A stretch of DNA of 64,000 nucleotides from Basidiobolus meristosporus CBS 931.73. Lineage: Eukaryota > Fungi > Basidiobolomycota. Made by a program: the position numbers and the translations under genes. The notes below the pieces were generated by a model. The model had not been told where the DNA came from, did no database searches, and saw only the letters and a program-made list of their open reading frames with translations. The stretch is taken from NCBI GenBank assembly GCA_002104905.1, contig MCFE01000279.1, forward strand, positions 39,986 through 103,985, in the 5' to 3' direction. This document shows, one piece after another, positions 25,725 to 40,544 of this stretch (the stretch's first letter is position 1; every line of letters begins with the position of its first letter).

Positions 25725-26879
25725 GTCAGTGACGTTTACCTGCTGGAGAAGGCAGTAAAAGTGGAAGCCACATTCAGACCAAGCCCCTTTATTGCTTGGA
25801 TTTTGATTGCGGCTTAAATCTGAATACACCCAGACTAGTTGATGTATTTGAGCCTGATTTTCGAAATGGTAGATTCCAACTGAATGAAAGATCTCCATGC
25901 AATCGGAATCCACCCCATCGTTCATCACGAACAGTACCATCGTATCAACGATGAAAGACACATGTTTTATAAAGATGGGGTGCAGCCAAAGGGCTATCCA
26001 TAAAGCATCAATGACTCTATGAAGCGACGCTGACTAGTTTTAGTCCGAAATCATCGCCTGGAGCATCCGGAATACTCAACCACAAACGATGAAAAATTAT
26101 CTGCAAAGGTATGGTGGAGAAGCTGCTGTATTGGCGAGGAAGAGATGGGGCTGGGATAGCATCAACTGCACGCATATTCAGGAGCCTTGATGGCAACAGA
26201 AATTACTGAGCCCATTGAGCAAAAAGCATCTACAGCAAAAGTACTGAAGATGACGCACCGAGCATTCGATCAATATCAAGTTAGTGCAGCATATTCTGCA
26301 CATCAATGCAGCGATATGGTCGTAGAAAACAACAGCAAGCCATGGACTGGAAGATCATGTGCGTCTTGCTCTCGAAGGATTCTTTCCTCGGGGTTGGCTG
26401 TTTCAAAGTTTGGGCTCTGAGCAACCAAGGACGAAACATATTCTCCCGATGACCAAGCGTGAACGAAGCATATGATCTCGAGTCAGGCAGGCAGCAGCTT
26501 GAGTTTGGAGAGCTGTACTATTCCTGCTCATCGAAGCTGGCCGGCGCTTTCTTCGAATTTCATTGGAAAGTGGGATTGTGTTCTATTTTAGTTTGATATA
26601 CAGTATATGACAGCGCGCTCTTTGGCGGTGGACTAATGGTATGTTTCATTTTAGGATTATAGTTGCAAAATCTGTGCCCCGCACAGCGTGGGTATGGTTT
26701 CTCTCGCTTTTCCAACTCGTAAATATAAATAAAAGGATCAACAGGAGTCATGTAGTGCCCTTACTTTTCGTCATTCTATTCTCAAGAACGGGCTCTCTTG
26801 CTAAAGATACCATTTTGTGACTTGATATAATACTATCTGCTATCCGTCTAGAGTCCCCATTTGAAAAACATTAAGTAGG

Positions 26880-28260
<1,381 letters not shown>

Positions 28261-31016
28261 ATTTGGAGCAGGCGCATGAAGATTGAATATATTATTGCAA
28301 GCTGGTGCTAAGGACTGCTGAGTTCACAACCTCATTTCTCAGTTTCTTTCAAATATATGTAGAACAAATCGATATTGTATATGTAGATAATGAGCAAATT
28401 AGATCATTTCTATTCTTCGTTTATAAATACTGATTTCCTGTGTAATGACTTCGACCACACTTTGAATCAATATTGGATTCTTCGGATTAATTCATGAAGC
28501 CATTGCCATTCTCCCTCTTATTTTCTATTCATTTCTTACATCATGTTTTTTACTTTTTTACCGGAATAGTAAATTCGAAAGAACACTTCTTCAACGTTTT
28601 TCTGAGTCCACAAATTCCCCCAGTATAGCAATTAATAGCACCTTCATCGTTGAGATAAACAAGCATTTACAGTTGCGAGGATTGGTCCCTTACATACTCA
28701 GTGGTGAAAGAAACTTAATGGTTTCTAAGGGGCTAGTTCAGAATAAGCCATAACAGCAGTCTGTGAGATAGCATAGTCTTCTCATAACCTCAAGTGGGCC
28801 GATAATTTTGCTCTGCGAGCTGGTAAGCACGAGCTGTGATTATACTGTAGAAAGGTGTATATTTCACAACGCAACAAGTGACTATGCTTCAAGGACTCTA
28901 TTCTTCTTTTGCTAATGGCGTTGGAAGTATAGATTTCTAAACGCTATGGAATGTAACAATGTATCGGACCCACAAATTCCGAGTGTTCATAAGTAGTCTG
29001 CCTGAGGTCAAATTCGCGATAAACGTATATTTGATGAAAACCGGTTGCGACTCGATCAACGTGCGTTTACTAACCTTGGTCTCCTTCGATCCCCTAATAA
29101 TATCTCCAATGGCTATGATTGGCGGAATCAAAAAACACCAGTGCTACAACTAAGACATAACTCGATGAAAACATGGTGGATATTATCGTGGAGTTGCCCA
29201 TTTGCAGCTCTTTGCCCCATTTCGATAAAATATTCTCTTTGATTTTATGCTCGTTTTCTCACTAACCCCAGAAATGGGCTGAGGAGAGCAAGCCGACATT
29301 TAATTCACAGCTGAGGGCTTTGTATATACGTATTCCGAATTGCAATTCCGAAGCGTTGTCCAAAAGGCCAGAGGGCCGTATGGTATTTTTTACTATAGTA
29401 CCAGGGTATGTCTCAAGAGCTCAGCGCAAATATACAACGTGTAAGAAATACAACAGCAGAATATGGTATCTCCACCACAATCCCAAGCATGTTGAGAACG
29501 TACACGCTATAGTGAAGTTTGATCGTCCTCTGCATATTTCCTGGGCCCAATGAGCCACATTCTAAATCCCCCAAAGGAAGTAGAATATGGGGTATTGGGC
29601 AATACAACCTAATCTTCTGTAATCTATCTCGAACCCTAATTCAACGCACTTACAAGTGATAAGTTTAACCGAAGAGAAACCTCTACACTGGCAACAGCAA
29701 TACCAATGTATATATCCAGTAGCAACAATCATGTGACGCCCTTCTGAGCAGAAAGGAGCAAGCCGTAGCCAGTTTAACTCTATGAAGTGCTAAGCCACAT
29801 GAATCAAGACTATCAGCTATTGACTAGTATGTAATTGGAAAATAAAGGGCCAACAACCCCAAACTTTCAATATCTAAGCCTGCTCTGCAACTTCATTCCG
29901 GTGCCAGTTCTGAATACATGCATTCCAATGAGTGAAGGAGCTTAAGGAGGGTCGGTTACACCGTCATGTTGAGCAAGAATTATATTAACGCTGGATCCTT
30001 GTATAACACTGGTTATACCTCCGAGATGAACGCTAATTGGGTTTAAATAGCTGACTCATCCATCGTGTGAAATCTTTTGACATTCCTCCTGCTGCGTTTG
30101 AGCAGCATTCAAGTGTCGTGTGGATATAGGCAACCGCCACTTTTAATGACAGGAGGGCGAACTCTATGGTCGTATGAAGTCAGACAGGCACAAACATCAA
30201 GCCGGAAAAAATGCACATGAAATGACATGAGTGCTGCCTATTACTGATGGATGCTGGTCAAGGTGGAAGATGAAGATCCATAGCATTTCGTGCAGTTGCT
30301 GATAAGCTCAGCAGTGATATCATACAGGAGGGATCCGCCTTATATCTATGCCTTTTTGGTTCAAACGGGGTGATTTTACGGTGGCTATAACCCAAACACC
30401 TCTTGTTGATCTGGGAACCATGATGATCCCCATCATTTCAACGATGAATGATCCAAAACCGGCACCACAGTTTGTGCTCCTCACATCCCTTCCTACCGAA
30501 GAAATAGGCGGATCTTAGATTCGTTCCGATAGGCAAACGCATGTGTGGTCCGACGCTCCAATTCACAAGTCGAGTCGCTAACCAGATTGTATCCGCTGAT
30601 AAGATGTAAATCATTGTATAAATGCGTACTCCGATGGTTGCATCGAATTAATATTGGCCCGCAGAATTCATTAAGTGTCATATGTCCATACCTGTGACAA
30701 TCTCGTAGATGCAGAAGTATTTTACTTGATTCAATCGAACTCGTATTGCAAAATGCTCTGATCTGGATTCTACGGGAGCACATTTCCCTTTAAGCCAAGA
30801 ATGCAGGTTCGGGGGATCCTATCTTTGTGGGGGCATTGTGACGTGAGACTCAGGAACCCATTTTCCTTTTCAATTGCCCCAACTGTAGGGAAAAAATCTC
30901 AAATTCATTCACAGCACTCATGATATATGACAGGGAGAACGTATATTTTAAAGAGTTTCTAGGTCGCTTGGTGAGAGTGACACTGTTCCTTGACTTAGTC
31001 AAATACATCAAGCACT

Positions 31017-31817
<801 letters not shown>

Positions 31818-33321
31818 GCATACCCATATCTATTTTTGATTTCGACGATTTGTTTCTGTTCTGTAAATCTAAATTCCTTCATTCTGAATTCACTCATGCT
31901 GCATCCTTGTGAATGAACATTCTACCCGAGTTGGTCTGTAAATTCACCAAGTAATAAATGGAATCACCATATACCTTTACTCTCTTCTAGACAACTTCCA
32001 ATCGCATACACCATCCATCCGAGCTTGTTCCGGGATTTGAACTGGAGCAAAGGTGGGCCCGCAGAGCCAAACCCTTCCTCATTCAAACCCTACAAAGGCA
32101 ACCATGTCCTATGAAGGGTATGGAATGAGTCAACATCCTTTGAGCAGCATACTACATACACATATTCACATATTGGCAACTGGAGGGGAATTCTACAGCA
32201 TCATCTGATTGCTAAAACTGTGCTAGCTCTCTGCCATGAAAGCCTGAGCAAGCTTTTGGTGTCTTCCTTCCAAAAGCCTGGACATCTGGATGATAATCCT
32301 ATTAGTTCTCTCAACTTCATAGAAACAAACAGCAGAATTTAGGCTTTGTTGTCAGGAAAGTTCAGCGTACTTCCTTGAGTGTATTTGGTACTTGGTATCT
32401 TCCTGGCTGTGTGCACCCGTGAGAGAATAGCAACAAAAAGATGGTACATGATTGTTCCTAGGCCTATCTAGCAATCATCAGGAATTGGGTCTATTCTCTT
32501 TGTTTCGTTGAACAATTCTATGCTGTGGTCAGTTTGAGCCCTGTCTTAGTCCATCCGGTACATGTGCTACGTCAAGGGATACCAGGCTGATTTGAATCTG
32601 TAGGTGGTAAGAGCATGGAAGCAAAATCGTATCGAATCTCACCTTCAGGCGACATGAATCTCACTCATCTGCAGGAATCAGACATTTACGAATATTCCCA
32701 GATTATCAAAAATGCTGATTGTTTGTAAACCGATGAATCAACCTTGAGTTTTCAGTGCTTCCATTCGGAGATATAACTCATGAGGGAATGCCTACTGAAT
32801 GCCATACAAGTAGAGAAACATACGTGATGCGACCATCTCAGCATAAAGCCAATCATGGCCCCAAGCTCTCCAGACAGCTTTTAAGGGCGCATTATTAGAT
32901 TCTTAGTCAACTCAACTAGCAAAGGAGCGAATAGAACTTGACTAGTGACTGATGGCCATCCTCTGGGACCAATGATGAATTTTCACTTGGCACACCAACA
33001 TCTTCAGGTTTAAGATTCTCGCACTCCCGCAGATAGGAGATCATTTGCTAGGCGGTGCTTGATTGCTGAATCTAAGCAGTATAGTCACATAATCTCCATC
33101 CAGGACAAATCCCAGCACACCAACGGGGGCGATTGAAAACCACATTTAAGGAACCAATTCTAACGAACTTGAAATTGGTTTCCAACACTTTCCCTTCCCC
33201 CTACCTACTTGTGCGGCCTCCTATCCAACATCACTTTGCACCGGGCTACAAATCTAGCGCCTACGTATCCGGCATCCAAGTAACATCCAGCGCCAATCCT
33301 CTCAATCTTTTGCCACCGAAT

Positions 33322-34066
33322 ATGACAAGGCCTAAAAAAGTCTACGAGTGGAGTTCCGTTCCATTAAATCTGTCCCAAGAAGATGCCCAAACTGTAAGCT
33401 ATCTACGACTCCAAAATCCATGCACATCTAACCAGTTCATCCCGAAATATGTCGCCAATTCATGCTGCACATCAGTCTACAATATGAGATATCAATCATT
33501 AACATGTGAATACTTTAGCTGTTCGAATATCATATGGAGCTATCGCGCTGCCTCAATCGTATTTCGGAATTCTACAAGAGTGTATCCGAGAAACAAATGG
33601 CTGCAGTCGTAGACGCCCACAAACGCCCAAGAGATCCAGATGCCCCCAGAATGCCATTCCCAGCGTATATTATGTTTTGTAACGACGAACGACCGAAATT
33701 GCTTGAAAAATGCAGTAATACGACGTCACAAGAAATCACCAAAAAGCTGGGTGAGCTGTGGAAACACCTTCCTGAGGAAACGCGCAAGGTACTCGAACTG
33801 CATATCCCAAATTGGTTTGGCCTAACCAATAGATCCAGAAATATGATGATAGATATCAATTGGAGCGACAACGCTACGAACAAGAGCTGACCAAATACAA
33901 AAGAATCAAAGAGGTAAATGATAGAGGGATGACTCAACGTTAAGCCAACTAACGGCCAAAGCAGAGTGTGGACGACCCCGCTACCGAAAAAGAACAAAGT
34001 CCGCGAGCTTCCACTAGTAAGCTGCAGGAGGACCCCTCAAAGACTTATCAGGATAAAGAGAAATAG
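33322..34066 (+). CDS. HMG-box protein, HMGB/Hmo1-like, multi-exon
   Basis: RDPDAPRMPFPAYIMFCNDERPKL...EITKKLGELWKHL spliced to KYDDRYQLERQRYEQELTKY. The 5' exons and the C-terminus are tentative. Confidence 0.8.
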
Positions 34067-37000
34067 CTTGGGTATACTAACCCGCACCCTCCCTTCTTTC
34101 GATAGCTGTCACACGCAAATGACTCCAGGGTCATTGAGAAATCTTCAGTATCAAGCATGGTTTGCGAACTTATATTCATCAGGATATAAGGAGTTAATTC
34201 ATTCGATAGGGTTTTGCTTCTATTAGAGTTTTGTAGTTTCGCTCTTTGTTACTGCGGGAATAAATCAACATGTAAGCTAATTTTGTGGCATGTTTGAACG
34301 AATGCTTACTAACTTGACTGAACATGTAGGAAGCAGGCTTCCTGTCTCTCTCTTCCTCCCTGCCCACAACGAACTACTGTTGATTTGCGCTACTCATGCG
34401 AAGTCAAACACGTTCATGGGAAACGGATGGACTTTACAAAGGATAATTTGAAAGTTGGGAACCCTCTCAAACCCTACAACTACAGCGCAACACAACTTTA
34501 AAAGAGTATAACTCTGTCGTTTTCTGGAAAACAATCTCGTACCAAAAGCTACTGTTGAGTTACCCACCAGAGGTCAACCTTGACCACCGTGTCCATGCGC
34601 AGAATCCTCCAAATAAAGAAACCCTTATTGTAATGGAGATTCCCATTGACTCGATCATCATATAGAACAAAATAGATTTATCGAGTATTGTCTGGAGATG
34701 AGATGAGACATCGCTCCAAAAATATTATCAGTTTTAGGATTGGAAATCTTCATATTGGCTCAAGCTTCATCAAATTCCACATGACAATTGGTTGATTCAG
34801 CACCATAAAAAGGGCGGATTGTCTGAGCATTTTTTATACAACAGTACTATTACTAAGCTAAACAAGTAGTAATGTTGTACACTTTTAATTGAGCAGTCTA
34901 TATATCGCTTCATAACCGAAGAAAATTCCATATATGACTAAGCAGGCTGCTTACCCATTCTATATCGAAATTAGTGGTCATGTTAATGAATGGTGAACAG
35001 CTCACAAAGTCATGATTTACATATTCATACCTGATGTAATCTGTTGCTGTTTATGGGTGATACTCACCATGGCTGTTGGTCCGTTTCTTTAGTAGAATCA
35101 AGTGACTACAATACCTGTATTATTATCCAAGTCTCAATACACCTCTGATTCGTCACTCACATTAGGTTGCTGGTCAGGATATAGAACAGGTGTTTCGGAT
35201 CAGTGAGTGGTGGGTCAAATAAAGCCTTCAGTAATGTTACAAAAATGCAATACACAACGGACGGCCACAAAACAAGCAAGTGCATGTTGTATGACATGCG
35301 CAGAAATACGTCAATGGTGGCACTAAGCTCCTCATGTTTGTGTGAATCGATGGCTGCGATGAGCTATCCCTGAACTGAAGGAGACCTCGGGCACTTGTGA
35401 CGCTGTCAGCATATTTTCCTCCAGTCACCCATGAACATGATCCAATAGACGGTCATGCATCCGTCCCGTAGCATCCTCAGATTTAACATGGAGTTGACTA
35501 TTGGGAATCTTGTGATGAATAAGCTTGTTTTGCAATATCACATTTCTTCATAAATTATTGGTACTCAACCTACTTGATCTAGTTTCCCTCATCATCTGGT
35601 CAACTTAATCAAGATCACAATCTGTACTCAAAACCTGTTTCTTACTTAACCGGCGACAGAGATAGGTGCCACGAAATCATATCATTCCTTTATTTTCTAT
35701 AGATGGAGTGACAGTGGATAATTCGGTATTGGTCGATTTGGGTTATTGGATTTTCTGTCAAATAGGAATAACTGTGGTTCGTTGGGAATTCGGTAATTTT
35801 TCGGTAAGGGACGCCCATTTGATGTTGGCCTTTTAGAAGCTCAGATTTCATGGATACACACATGTATCATCATGCGTACTTATCTTTTCGATGGTGCATG
35901 AGCAACAGAAGTCATTTTAGAATGTAACCATCGCCCCTATTTGGAGATTCAGCGCTGATGTACAAGGCAGCGCTGTATCAGCTAAGATCTTTGCCAAGGG
36001 ATTACTAAATATTACATGCCTACAAAAACTGGCTTTGTTGTTGCTATGCGATAATGCCACCAATGTTTTAGAAGTGCTAATAGAAATCGTTCGTCACTTC
36101 CGCCGCACTGCTGCTCCGCTCACCAATTAGCCAAGCATTGCACAACGACTGCTGTGACCTGCAACAACGTTGGCGCTTTGGAAAGTGTGTGTCTGTGGCT
36201 ACCTGGACACATATGATTAATGAGGACATGTGTGACCGGAAAGAACCGTTCTAGATTTTTTCGCGTCCACGTTGGATTGCTACGTCAACTTCGGGCACGT
36301 CACCCCAATTGGTATTTTTTTGAATCGAGTCGTAAGGTACCTCGTCTGGTCATACCCACTTTAGGGATAGCGTAAATCTATGTTACTTCGCTCTGGATCA
36401 ATATGCCACTTTAATTTCTTGAATTCGATGGTTGACATTTGGTTGAGATTTATTATAAGCCATTTGTGCGACTTGAAATTTGATTTCTTGGTCACAGTAG
36501 GGAATACTCACCCTATCCAGGGGAATGAAGGTTCTAGGCATTTTGAGGCTATGCGGGCTTAGCGTCAGAGGAGTTCTCAAGTTGGGATAATTATCGAATA
36601 TGCGAGCAAAGTCTGATTAGGTTATTTAACGGGTACCCTACTAATCTGCTCACAATACCTGCTTATTAATGCGCAGCAAAAATCAATTCAACCGTAGATT
36701 GCGTTTCAGATTCATTTCAGGCAATGAAAATGCGTCCTTGAGTTATGTAATAGGCCATTCGCCGAAGATCGAGCTCCGCTGGCCAGCTAGCTGCTCTGAA
36801 TAGACCCATGATTCCTAGGTGTCAGCCTGGGAAGTGGCCAATGGTGCGTTCGGAAGCTTGAGATTTCAGGAATCACTTGTGTCTCAATAGGCTGAACAGG
36901 CACGGCTATACGAATCATGTATGCGCTATTGTGGACAGCGACAGGTATCCTCACCAATTAAGTGCTACCCGATAAATCGTGTCGGAAGCACAAGATAGTG

Positions 37001-39353
37001 TAGCAATCAAATCTATCTTCTATCTGGTTTTCCAATATCAGCTTGAGGTAACTAAACACACTGGTCCAAGATCCTATTATAAATACAAATCAGCATTCTT
37101 AGCAGCGTCACTCCAGCCATTTTTCAGAGGATCGCAGGCCAGAGAATACACACATTCATATACGTGCATATACCAATTAGTACTCAGCATGGGCTACCTC
37201 ATTCTACTCAGTATCAAATTGGTATTTTTACGCTCACGCTATATTAAGTTGAGGCGAGGAATCGCTCTTTATTGGGATAATCCGGCTTGATGAGTTCGAG
37301 TCATATTCTTGTCATGTGTAAGCACGGTGTGCTAGTGTCCAACCATTGATTTTGGGCCAATTTCACTTTGGGTAGAAAAATACGGTTGAAAAAAACAATC
37401 TCCAATCATCTTGACTATCGGTAAAATCATGGACTGTGTGACCAAACGCCCGTTCTTGTTTGATTATATCTCAATTGTCTTGGCAATCATTCCAAGACGA
37501 TATCGCAGCAAACAAGTGATGAGGTCTGATCTGCTGGCGGGTGCCGTCCAACAATGATCTCGTTGCTAGATGATTTTTCTTTGAGCATCAGATGATTGCA
37601 TTATCCGATGATCACTATTCGTCGCCGGCGCCGTTTGACCCTTTCCATCCTCTAAGAGCGCTGCGTCGAAACCCCCTAGATATGAATCGCATACTCATGA
37701 CCATTCTCTATGGCAATCCAATGGTCATGGGTTAAAAAGTCATTTATCCATGTCTGAGTCAACACCCATTTGATATGATGACCTTCAATGCTGGTTTCTA
37801 AGCGAAACCCATGCTGCTGGTTGCATATTCATGTGGTTTGCATGATCCAGCGTTGACGGCTCTAGCCTCCCTGGAGCATCCCGTTCTTCCATGCTGGCCG
37901 GTGTACATAGCTGTAGGCGCCATGCCAATGCAGGGGCTTCTTTGCCAAAGCTTCAGAAAATCGAGGACGACGGTGCGTCGCAATTCCGGATATCGATATG
38001 CTTCAGCAACACCCTGAACCAGCACACAGCCCCAACCTTCTCCATGACAGGTGCGTCTGAAGCAGACATCATATCTCTCTTACCGCACTGGTACATCGAT
38101 TCGGAGGGTTGACGTGATCATTTAATAACTGTTTGCATAAAAACAGTGGCCTAACAAAACCTGAGAAATATGTATTAACCTGCTAGTCAAATGAGCTTCT
38201 GCCTAATGGGAGAAATTTGAAACCATACATCCACAATCAGCCTAACATGACAGCACATACCTGGCTTCTGCTCATGTCGCTATTAGGTAAGCAGTGCCTC
38301 GGTGGCCAAAGGGTTGGAGCAGGGCGTTCATTTGGTATCCGGAGACGCTGGATCTACTGCGTAGCTTCTGATGGAAGAAATGCCGCTCGACTTCCCGTAG
38401 TGTGATTGCTTGCACAATGGTGAATTATGTGCTACGATTTGGGCAACACAAAATACTGGAATCAATAATGCCATATAGACAACTGTCAGCCACAACAGGA
38501 TATGATGCCTATTCTCTAAATTGAGGGTGATTTTAGTTTTGGTTAGGTTTGAAATGAGCTGGATCCCTAGTGTTCTTGGTGATTTCTTATGAAACAATGA
38601 AATCTGTGCATGCCATAGTTTTTTAATGGAATACTAGTTAATACTTAATAATACGGGGATCAACGATGTCTGGGATTCTCTTCTATCCCATTCATGAGGT
38701 TTTGGAGGATTTCAGGCACCGCGCTAGCAACAGTATTGGGCTGGAAATGGCGGGGGTCTCATGTCGGTGTTCATATCACAGACATCCCGCGGAAGCCTCG
38801 TAGCGAGCGGTTTGTTTGTTCAAAGAGCAAGAGTCATTTCAATCAGTAACGGGATCCATCCACGGTGACCCAATAGAATAGGGTCGAGTATTCTGATTCC
38901 AAATTCAGTCAAGGGGATACCAATCGTACATGATGAAAAAGCGAAGAAAAAAGAAGTCACCCAATAAATGATTTGAGCGCATTAGGGCTATGAATTGAAA
39001 TATTATTATATATTCCACGGTACCCAATCGGCAGCCAAACTGGCCACTGTGATAACATATAAATGGGTCGGAGAGGGAGCGCGATCTCTATTTCATCCAA
39101 TTGCCCCTTCTCTTGCTATTCTAATCCTAGTGCCTTGAATTCTTCCACCACGAAGCTCTCTAAGCGTCCACCCCACCCTTACACTTCTACATCGGCTGGC
39201 CTAGCATAATATCAGAATCTCACCTCGACTGTGTGGAGATTATAAGATCTTGATCATACTATCATAGAGTAGGAATCACTCAATTGCTTCTTGACTTTGG
39301 GTCTGGATAAATTGGCCGAGAAATATTGATGCTAATATTTTGAAAGATATCCG

Positions 39354-40544
39354 ATGTCTTCATCTTCATCCATGATCGGACGCCCCCGAAAGCCAATATG
39401 GGATCATTTTTGGCGAGGAGAAAGGTGCAATAAAAGCCACTATCATGCTCACTGCAATTATTGTATCAAGGCTTTGGGAATAGGTCGAGTACCTGGTATC
39501 CTTGGCATCCCTCGGACAATGGCGGCACATTTGCGTACATGCCAATATACCCATGCCGATGTAAAGAGAGCATTCCCAAACGAGGTATGTCTTTGTCCAC
39601 CGAGCCCTGTCTTCGTTTCCTCGCATCACTAAAGGCCGTTCATCGTTGGGAATCCTAACCGAAGCAGCAAGGTTAGTTTTTGAGGCGATTTCCAGGAATA
39701 CTTGGGAAGATTTTCCGTTTTACTCCATCAATTTTCTTAGCCGACGACAGGCCTTCCGAGCACAAGCAGCGTAGAATATCAGGGCCACAACTCACATCGA
39801 TATCGGGACTCACTTCGCCCACGTCCAGTCTTGACATTAGCGCTGAGCAGATCAAAAAACTGATAGATATGGCCATAGAGGGTAAGTTGCTTCCTTTTCC
39901 ACCTGGGTCAGGCAATAGTATTCATCCCCACGTTCCTCAAAGCCCTGGATAATTCTTACGCACCCTACACAAACTTCAAAGTCGGCGCCGCATTGCTGAC
40001 CGGCGGGAACCATTTCTATAAAGGTAGCCTAAGCAACAGAACGTCGTTGAAGCAATCGCACCTTGCTTATAAATTATTCTAAGGTTGTAATATTGAGAAT
40101 GCATCTTTAGGAGCTGGGATATGTGCAGAGAGGGCAGCATTCGCTAGAGCATGGGTAATATGCTGAACTAAACCACGTCGTTACCATTGGACTTCGCTAA
40201 CACAACTGCTATGGATTACAGACCGATGGGGAGAAAAAGTTCCTCGCTGTTGCTATAGCCACGTAAGATGTAAAGAAAAATATACGATTGCTATTGGTTT
40301 GGAGACTAACTAGCCCTTAACAGCGATCCCCCAAGCTTTACATTCCCATGCGGCACCTGCAGGTAAGACGAGTGCGGCCGACCTAACCTGTGTTTCGGTT
40401 TAACCAATACAGCCATATCTTTGTAGACAGTTCATGGCGGAATGGGGGACTGATCTCAACGTGTATGCCGTCAAGTCCCACAAATCCACTCAGGTGCTCT
40501 CTCTTGAGGAGCTTCTACCTCATCGTTTTACGCATCATCCATGA
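39354..40544 (+). CDS. CDD1: BED-type zinc finger fused to a CDD1/CDA-family cytidine deaminase (8 exons including a 4- or 7-nt microexon)
   Basis: Exon 1 (39354-39584): IWDHF..CNYC..HLRTC. Microexon ending 39671. Exons 39741-39881, 39943-40023, 40084-40154, 40222-40262, 40324-40362 and 40427-40544 give SYAPYTNFKVGAALL, GCNIENAS, ICAER, PCGTCRQ and LEELLP. The deaminase call is near-certain; the fusion depends on the microexon. Confidence 0.85.

Noticed and set aside
25725-25961. First 79 codons of the 248-aa ORF
   Set aside because: The signal peptide begins at Met80 (25724); the upstream part looks like incidental open frame.
28300-31000. Short ORFs between the forkhead gene and ADK1
   Set aside because: No recognisable motifs or consistent exon chain.
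33322-34066. HMG gene as a Mucorales-type sexP/sexM locus
   Set aside because: The box is HMGB-like (RDPDAPR.P..AY), and the flanking triose-phosphate transporter and RNA helicase genes are absent.
34100-39300. Short ORFs, including hydrophobic 36979-37290 and 38328-38597
   Set aside because: Could be degenerate membrane-protein fragments, but no gene model could be supported.
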